From: Candidatus Heimdallarchaeum endolithica | GTDB taxonomy: Archaea; Asgardarchaeota; Heimdallarchaeia; Heimdallarchaeales; Heimdallarchaeaceae | NCBI GenBank assembly: GCA_021513715.1 | Contig: CP084167.1 | Coordinates: 2,432,001-2,496,000 of the forward strand | DNA length: 64,000 nucleotides | Reading direction: 5' to 3' | Shown: positions 57,770 through 64,000 of the stretch, one piece after another | How the letters are laid out: every line of letters begins with the position of its first letter | Numbering within the stretch: the first letter of the stretch is position 1 | Notes under the pieces: generated by a model | The model's database searches: none | Seen by the model: the letters and a program-made list of their open reading frames with translations, nothing else | Told to the model about the DNA's origin: nothing | Position numbers and translations under genes: made by a program

Positions 57770-58681
57770 ATGGTTGATAAAGCGCAAGACAAGTTAGGAT
57801 TAGACACATATGTAGTCGAGCTTGGGAGCATAGAGGATAGAATAAAGAAATTACGCGAAAAACGTAACTATGCCAACAAAAAAATGAAAGAATCCATACA
57901 ATTAAGGAATGAACATAATCAACAAGTTGCTAAATATCTTGCAGCAGCTAAAGAATACGAAGAGAAAAGAAATAAATTAAATGAAGAAGTAAAATCATTA
58001 AAAGAAAAGAGGAAAGAACTTCAAAGTATTCTTTTAGAAAAGAAAAAAGAACTTTATCAATTAATGGATGAAGATACTTCTGCAAATAGATATCAGCTTC
58101 ATAAACTGAAAAAGAAAATTGAAGATATTAACAAGAAAATTCAGAAAATAGAATGGGATATACAAACAAAAAGTAACTTAGAAGCAGAAGAAGAGAAAAT
58201 ACTCATTCAGCAAGCAGAAAAATTATCCAGTCAACTAAATAAATTAATGGTTTCTATTAAACTATCAGAGAAACAGTCTGAATTATGGAAAGAAATTTCT
58301 AAAATACAAAAAGAAGTCAATCAAATCCATAATGCTATTGTTGAGATGGCTAAAGAAAGTCAAGTATTTCATAAATTAATGAACCAAAATTATGCAAAAG
58401 TTAATGAATCTAGAAAATTAGCAAACAAATATCATAAATCTTTTTTGTCATATAAAAAAGAAGGAGATGAAATTCATAAGGAGCTTTTGTCCATTTATTC
58501 AGACAGGAATAAAATTAAAGAGAAACTCAGTCAACTCAAAAAAAGTTTCAGAGAAAAGCATAAACAAGCACTAAGGCAGAATCTAGAAAAAAATGTTCAA
58601 GAAGCTTTTGCTAAATATGAAAAAGGAAGTAATTTGACTTTAGACGAATTTCGTTTATTAGTAGATCGTGGATTAATTTAA
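57770..58681 (+). CDS. Archaeal coiled-coil protein (COG1340-like)
   Basis: Repeats R..LN..V, IEW.IQT...E.E, and terminal G..LTLDEF..L. Confidence 0.8.
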   Translation: MVDKAQDKLGLDTYVVELGSIEDRIKKLREKRNYANKKMKESIQLRNEHNQQVAKYLAAAKEYEEKRNKLNEEVKSLKEKRKELQSILLEKKKELYQLMDEDTSANRYQLHKLKKKIEDINKKIQKIEWDIQTKSNLEAEEEKILIQQAEKLSSQLNKLMVSIKLSEKQSELWKEISKIQKEVNQIHNAIVEMAKESQVFHKLMNQNYAKVNESRKLANKYHKSFLSYKKEGDEIHKELLSIYSDRNKIKEKLSQLKKSFREKHKQALRQNLEKNVQEAFAKYEKGSNLTLDEFRLLVDRGLI

Positions 58682-58731
58682 ATACATTCACTAAATAATC
58701 TAATCTTCCTTTTTTTAAAAAGGAGCGAGTT

Positions 58732-59481
58732 TTAGGGGTGTTCTTTTTTTACAAATGTATATGAATTTCCTGATAATGCTGGGACTTCTTGTAAGTAGTA
58801 TCCTCTCATCTGTAAGATGAGTAAATTAGCAAATACCCAATGTACAAGCGTTTCATTTTTCAGTTTTAGCATTCCTCCATCTTCTGTTTCTTCCCAGATT
58901 GCATCTGGCTCTTCTTCCTTCATTTTTATCCACTCATTAATAGAAAGAAAGCGTCCTAAATAGCTAACTCCTTTAACCCTTTCTATAAATTCTGGAACTG
59001 TACGTATTAATGTTCGAAGAATATAATCGTCATCTTTTTCGATTGAGTCTAGCAGTGTTAAAAGGATAGCTGATTTAATTTTATCATTTCTGCTTAGTTT
59101 TGGTTTTGTTGGTGTGAGTTTCTCAAAAATAGGAGTTACGGCTGTGTCATCACATAAATAAAAACTATTCCTATCTTCTCTTAGTGAATATCCTCTTCCT
59201 GCTAATATTATTAAATAGGCAATATCTAAGTTGTTAATCACTTTTTTATTTATAATAGCTTCAATTCCTTTCTTAATGTTGATGACCTCTCCTAATTTTG
59301 CTTTACAACTCTGATCATCAAAAATATCTGATAAGATGCGAGATAAACTGCTAACTAGTGCAAAATTATCTTGTACAGAGTTATCTATAATTATTCTAAG
59401 GATATTGGCATTTTTATCAATATTATTAAACATCATCAAAGTAATTAATAATTTCATCACTTTTAACTTATTCGGAATCAA
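58732..59481 (-). CDS. Hypothetical protein
   Basis: 249 aa ORF filling the gap; no recognised motif; start uncertain. Confidence 0.65.
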   Translation of the reverse strand: MIPNKLKVMKLLITLMMFNNIDKNANILRIIIDNSVQDNFALVSSLSRILSDIFDDQSCKAKLGEVINIKKGIEAIINKKVINNLDIAYLIILAGRGYSLREDRNSFYLCDDTAVTPIFEKLTPTKPKLSRNDKIKSAILLTLLDSIEKDDDYILRTLIRTVPEFIERVKGVSYLGRFLSINEWIKMKEEEPDAIWEETEDGGMLKLKNETLVHWVFANLLILQMRGYYLQEVPALSGNSYTFVKKEHP

Positions 59482-59633
59482 TAATATTTGTCGTTGTCAG
59501 ATCAACTGTTTTTAATTTATCCACAGATATTATAATTGCTGTCAATAAACCACTTTTCTATTTGTAAAAAGGTAAGATTATTATATAAAAAAAATAACTT
59601 ATTTTTACCAAATTCCTCAAAGAGGAGATAAAT

Positions 59634-60020
59634 ATGGCAGTAAAAATAAATGAAATTTATAAATGTGAAATTTGTGGTAACATTGTTGCTGCAGTTCACG
59701 GAGGACAAGGTTCTCTTATTTGCTGTGGTCAAAACATGATTCTTTTGGAAGAAAAGACTGCAGAAATGGCTACAGAAAAACATGTTCCTGTTGTAGAAAT
59801 TGACGGAAATAAAGTTAAAGTTACAGTTGGTAGTACCATTCATCCAATGATTGAAAAACATTATATTGAGTGGATCGAGATCATTACAGAAGATGGGCGC
59901 TCATATAGAAAGTTTCTTGAACCAGAACAGGAACCTGTAGCTGAATTTATTGTAGAGTCCAAAGTAGTCAAAGCTCGAGAACATTGTAACTTACATGGGC
60001 TATGGATCAACACAGTGTAA
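59634..60020 (+). CDS. dfx: Desulfoferrodoxin (2Fe superoxide reductase)
   Basis: YKCEICGN...CCG, EKHVP, HPM..KHYIEWI, CNLHGLW. Confidence 0.96.
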   Translation: MAVKINEIYKCEICGNIVAAVHGGQGSLICCGQNMILLEEKTAEMATEKHVPVVEIDGNKVKVTVGSTIHPMIEKHYIEWIEIITEDGRSYRKFLEPEQEPVAEFIVESKVVKAREHCNLHGLWINTV

Positions 60021-60122
60021 TCCTGTTTTCATTTTTTTCAATTTTCAGAGTTATTTTTTTTCTTTTGCCAAAAAGAAAAGTTAAATAATGGTTTTTGTTG
60101 CATTGTTTAACAGTTGGTTACT

Positions 60123-60344
60123 ATGTGTTTGGCAATACCTGCTAGAGTTTGTGAAGTATTAGAAAATAATATGGTAAAAGTTGAAATTACTGGTGTAGTG
60201 AGAGAAGCAGATACTTCCTTACTTTCTGAAGAGGTTAAAGAGGGAGACTATGTGTTAGTTCATACAGGTTTTTGTATATCTAAGTTGGATGAAGAGCAAG
60301 CAAAAGAAGATTTAAAGTTGTGGGATGAACTCCTTTTAGAGTAA
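60123..60344 (+). CDS. hypC: Hydrogenase chaperone HypC
   Basis: MCLAIPA...GDYVLVHTGF. Confidence 0.96.
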   Translation: MCLAIPARVCEVLENNMVKVEITGVVREADTSLLSEEVKEGDYVLVHTGFCISKLDEEQAKEDLKLWDELLLE

Positions 60345-60437
60345 ATTAGAGTTTTACCTTGTATTAACAGATTTTTTTATTCGTATTTAATTTATTAGTA
60401 ATGTTTGTTGGTAAAAGGTTAAGTGTTTTTTGTGTGA

Positions 60438-60745
60438 TTATTTCTTGTTGTGAGGACAATAAGGGGACATTTTCTCGCGATTGTGAAGAACATTCCTTCT
60501 TCTATCTTTTACTTTTTCTAATCTCGAGATCATTAATGTTAACTCGTCTAATTTTCCTTTATGTACTTTTATCTTTCCTTTTTTGTTTTTATGCATATCT
60601 TTCTTCTGTTATGATGGATTATTCTCACATACTTCTCTATAATTCTTGTGTCTCTTCCAGTTATTTTCCTTAACCTCTCCTTTTTTCTCGTCGTCAATAC
60701 TTCATTCTTTATTCTCACTTTCAAGATTTTGACGACTTCCTCCAT
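60438..60745 (-). pseudogene. Frameshifted 5' remnant of a TnpB/Cas12f-like (IS200/IS605-family) gene
   Basis: Manual translation MEEVVKILKVRIKNEVLTTRKKERLRKITGRDTRIIEKYVRII... then, after a frameshift near 60585, KGKIKVHKGKLDELTL...RRNVLHN...CPHN*. Resembles, from memory, N-termini of Asgard TnpB-like proteins; no RuvC part is present. Confidence 0.55.
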
Positions 60746-60924
60746 CTCTCTTTCCTCTCTTCTTATTTTCTCTTTCTTTGTTTTTTCTTCTACTCTTCTT
60801 AATTATACTTTTTTACTATAAAAATAAAGAGACCTCTTTTTCCTTTCCACTCTCTTCCTTCTTTTCTTTTTTTTATTTGTAATTCTTACTAAATTTTTAT
60901 AAATTTACGTAAAAAAAGTATCTT

Positions 60925-62124
60925 ATGGAAAATTGGATTGCTTCCTTTGATGAGATCATTAAAGGAAAAACTACTGACGTCTATTTCTTAAATGCAAAAA
61001 AATGTCTAGAAGCTGATAACCTAGATAAAACAGTAGTCTATGCAGAGGTGACAACTGATAGTTTACCAAAAAACTGGACTCATTTTCTGTTTTTAGGTTT
61101 AGCAGAAGTTATTGCAATGTTCCAGAAAACGAAATTAAATGTTAACATATATTCTGTGGATGAAGGCCGGATTTTACCTCCAAAAGATATTAATGGCGTA
61201 AGAATCCCTGTTTTATCAATTGAAGGACCTTATGGAGATTTTGCAATATATGAAACTCCAATGTTGGGATATTTGTGCTTTCAAACTGGTGTTGGGACAT
61301 CTGCTTTATATGTTAGACTAGCTGCAAGGGAGAAAATAATTTTGTCTTTTGGAATAAGAAGAATGCATCCTGCTTTAGCTCCAGTTATTGACAGAGCGTG
61401 TTATATAGCAGGATTTGATGGTGTGTCTTGCGTTCTCAGTGCTGAAAAATTAGGAATTAAACCTACAGGAACGATCCCTCATGCTTTTATCATTATTGAG
61501 CAAGGGATAGAGAATGCTATGCGAAGTTTTGATAAGAATATTGACCCTGAAGTTAAAAGAATAGCTCTATCAGATACTTTTAGTGATGAGAGATTTGAAG
61601 TGATGAAAGCTCTTGACGCTGTCGGGGATCATCTATATGGTGTGAGATTAGATACTCCAAGTTCACGACGAGGTGACCTGAAGGAAATAATCAAAGAAGT
61701 TAAGTGGGAACTAAAACAGAGAGGGCGAGAAGATGTTAAGATATTCCTTTCTGGAGGTTTCGATGAAAAGATGGTTGAAGAATACCATGATGTTGCAGAT
61801 GGTTTTGGAGTTGGGACTTCTGTTGCAAATAGCCCGACAGTTAATTTTGCTTTTGATATTGTAGAAATGAATGGTCAATCAATATCTAAAAGAGGAAAAT
61901 ATTCTGGAAGGAAGCAAGTTGGCTATTGTCAAGCTTGTGACGTTTATCTATGCTCATTAGAAAGTCAAGGGAAGATTATATGCCCAAAATGTGGGTCAAA
62001 AATGGAAAAAGTAGTTAAGCAATATATGATGAATGGAGAACTTATTCGTGATTTAGGTGATGTAGGTTCTATTCGTAGATATGTCAAAGAGCAAATGGAA
62101 AAACTAGAACTTCCAAAAAAATAA
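60925..62124 (+). CDS. pncB: Nicotinate phosphoribosyltransferase
   Basis: TTDVYF, SFG.RR.HP, GTIPHA, GVRLDTPSSRRG, SGG, FGVGT. Confidence 0.95.
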   Translation: MENWIASFDEIIKGKTTDVYFLNAKKCLEADNLDKTVVYAEVTTDSLPKNWTHFLFLGLAEVIAMFQKTKLNVNIYSVDEGRILPPKDINGVRIPVLSIEGPYGDFAIYETPMLGYLCFQTGVGTSALYVRLAAREKIILSFGIRRMHPALAPVIDRACYIAGFDGVSCVLSAEKLGIKPTGTIPHAFIIIEQGIENAMRSFDKNIDPEVKRIALSDTFSDERFEVMKALDAVGDHLYGVRLDTPSSRRGDLKEIIKEVKWELKQRGREDVKIFLSGGFDEKMVEEYHDVADGFGVGTSVANSPTVNFAFDIVEMNGQSISKRGKYSGRKQVGYCQACDVYLCSLESQGKIICPKCGSKMEKVVKQYMMNGELIRDLGDVGSIRRYVKEQMEKLELPKK

Positions 62125-62161
62125 AAATGAGGAAAATCAATGTATGTAGAGGTCAAATTGA

Positions 62162-64000
62162 ATGAATAGAAATTTCCTCAATTTTGTTGATAGAATAAAA
62201 AAACAGCGTGTTGTGGACTATCTGAAAATAAAAAAAACTATTGATGGAATTTTTAATTTAGTAGAATTTGAAATTAAACCATCTATAATTCTTATCTCTT
62301 TTATCACTTCTGAAGATAATCAATATATTGATACTTTTTTTTGTAGCGAGGGAGAAGAAAAAATCCATGACTATGATGTTTACCTTAGTGAAGAACTGTT
62401 TTCAACCAGTATGTATAAAGAACTTATGTTTACTGGAAGCATAAAGTACGGAAAAGTTTTCAATTTACCTTTTTCTGAAGGAATAAAGAGTGAACTCATT
62501 AGAACTGGTTATACTGATGTAATAATCGTTGCAATTAAACTTGAAGAAGAAATTGTGGGTTTTGTATCAGTTTTATTTTCTAATACTGAAAATGAAAACA
62601 AATTAGAATTCTTTTTCTCATATATTGAATATGTTTCAGGTTTGATTTCTTCTATTGTCTCTTCTTGGTATAAACTTTATCTAATGGAAAAAGAGAAAAA
62701 TAAGAGTAATGTAATCATTGAATTGTCAGAATTGGCATTAGAAACAACAAATATCCCCATTATTTTGAAATCATTGTTTAAAAGAATTTTTGAATTAGAT
62801 AATTTTTACTCCCTTGGGTTGTTTAGAATAAAAAAGAGCAGGTTTGAATTATACCAAGGAATAAATATAAGTGAACAATTAGCAGATTATTTTTCCGAGC
62901 AAGATCTTAAAATAGAAACATTACCCTATTATAACCATCAGAATCTTCTAGATGAAACACTAGCTACTGCTAAGAATCAATATTGTTTGATTATCCCAGT
63001 AAAAAGTGCTAACATCTTTTTAGGTTTTCTTTTCATTGTAACTCAACCTGGAACAAAGATATCTCCTGATGTAGAAAATTTTCTAAGAATCATTACCAAT
63101 CAGCTCTTTCTTATATTACAAAGGAGATTGCTTCTTGATGACATTCAGGCAGTTACTCAAATGTCAGAGTTGTCATTTTTTCCAGTTTTCATCTTAGATA
63201 AAAGTGCTCGTATTATATATGTAAATTATCAGTTTGAAAAAATATTTAGATTAAAGCATACTCATATTATAGGAAATAAAATATATAACGTTTTATTGTT
63301 TAATGCAGATGAAGTAGAAAAAGTGGAAAACGCAATAAATAGCGTGTTAAAAACCCTAAAAAAAGAATCCATCAAACTATGCATTAAGGTTGAAGATTCT
63401 GGACAAATGAGAGATTACACTTATTTTGCTAATCTTTCTCCAACTATTAATAATTTAACTGGTGAATATTGTGTTGTTTTTTCACTTCTCGACGTGACAG
63501 AGTCAGAAAAACTTCGGGCTCTTGCGGATGAGTATAACATCAGATCTCAAATGTATCTAAATGTGTTAACTCATGATATCTTTAACATCTTTTTTGCAAT
63601 CGAAGGGTATTATGAAATTGTGAAAGGTGAAATACCTAAAGAGCAGAAGCAAGTGCTAAATAAAGTTTCTGACTTAGTTGAAAGAGGGACAGAAACCGTA
63701 CAGCATATTCGCCTTTTGAGTAAAGTATTGAATACAACAGTTGTTGAAAAGAAAAGTCTTTTACCATTAAGAACAATTTTAGAAACTATTGAAGAAAAGG
63801 TAAAACGTGTCTGTAGAACAAAAAATATCAAGATTGAAAATGCTATTCCAACCTCAGTTAAAATTCGTGGGACATATTTTGTTATAGATTTTTTTGAATA
63901 CATTGTGACTAATCTTATAAAAAGCACGACTGCAGAACAAGTGGTTGTTTCTTATTCTCACTCATACGACGAGGACATAAAGAAAACAGTACTTTCTATA
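62162..64000 (+). CDS. GAF-GAF-PAS sensor histidine kinase, 3'-truncated by the window edge; not in the ORF track
   Basis: Open frame from the ATG at 62162. GAF-like IIVAIKLEEEIVGFV and CLIIPVKSANIFLGFL, PAS PVFILDKSARIIYVN, H-box YLNVLTHDIFN near 63551. Confidence 0.82.
   Translation, partial: MNRNFLNFVDRIKKQRVVDYLKIKKTIDGIFNLVEFEIKPSIILISFITSEDNQYIDTFFCSEGEEKIHDYDVYLSEELFSTSMYKELMFTGSIKYGKVFNLPFSEGIKSELIRTGYTDVIIVAIKLEEEIVGFVSVLFSNTENENKLEFFFSYIEYVSGLISSIVSSWYKLYLMEKEKNKSNVIIELSELALETTNIPIILKSLFKRIFELDNFYSLGLFRIKKSRFELYQGINISEQLADYFSEQDLKIETLPYYNHQNLLDETLATAKNQYCLIIPVKSANIFLGFLFIVTQPGTKISPDVENFLRIITNQLFLILQRRLLLDDIQAVTQMSELSFFPVFILDKSARIIYVNYQFEKIFRLKHTHIIGNKIYNVLLFNADEVEKVENAINSVLKTLKKESIKLCIKVEDSGQMRDYTYFANLSPTINNLTGEYCVVFSLLDVTESEKLRALADEYNIRSQMYLNVLTHDIFNIFFAIEGYYEIVKGEIPKEQKQVLNKVSDLVERGTETVQHIRLLSKVLNTTVVEKKSLLPLRTILETIEEKVKRVCRTKNIKIENAIPTSVKIRGTYFVIDFFEYIVTNLIKSTTAEQVVVSYSHSYDEDIKKTVLSI

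Noticed and set aside
60401-60673. 90-aa hydrophobic ORF on +
   Set aside because: Its hydrophobicity comes from being antisense to the A-rich TnpB-like remnant.

Overview
AT-rich archaeal chromosomal window, most consistent with an Asgard archaeon (Heimdallarchaeia-like). This is an inference from bacterial-type gyrase, a Yip1-like protein, an LRR protein, a double-HTH Lrp regulator and a complex-I-like group 4 hydrogenase. From left to right it holds: the 3' part of a giant (>1800 aa) orphan gene; a LolD/FtsX-type ABC transporter; a thioredoxin; a probable cobalamin ECF module; metG, trmI and cysS; tRNA-Arg(TCG); a polyamine cluster (bpsA plus a fold-III decarboxylase) and carbamate kinase; gyrB and gyrA, each with a LAGLIDADG intein; a Rad50/SMC-like ATPase ending in a PIP box; 5S rRNA and tRNA-Ser(GCT); hypE/F/D/C; a split membrane-bound [NiFe] hydrogenase (NuoH-A-J-K-L-M/N-like arm on +, NuoC-D-I-B-like arm on -); FprA and desulfoferrodoxin; an Rnl3 RNA ligase with HARP; a TnpB-like remnant; pncB; and a truncated GAF-GAF-PAS histidine kinase. 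The standout finding is that the 5S rRNA gene (39140-39260, minus strand) is circularly permuted. Its 3' half precedes its 5' half, the normal ends are joined by a UUCG loop, and the new ends sit in a bulge-helix-bulge-like motif. Predicted splicing-endonuclease cleavage and ligation of that motif regenerates the conserved CCUGAA|AGUUAAG 5S sequence as a 121-nt circle.
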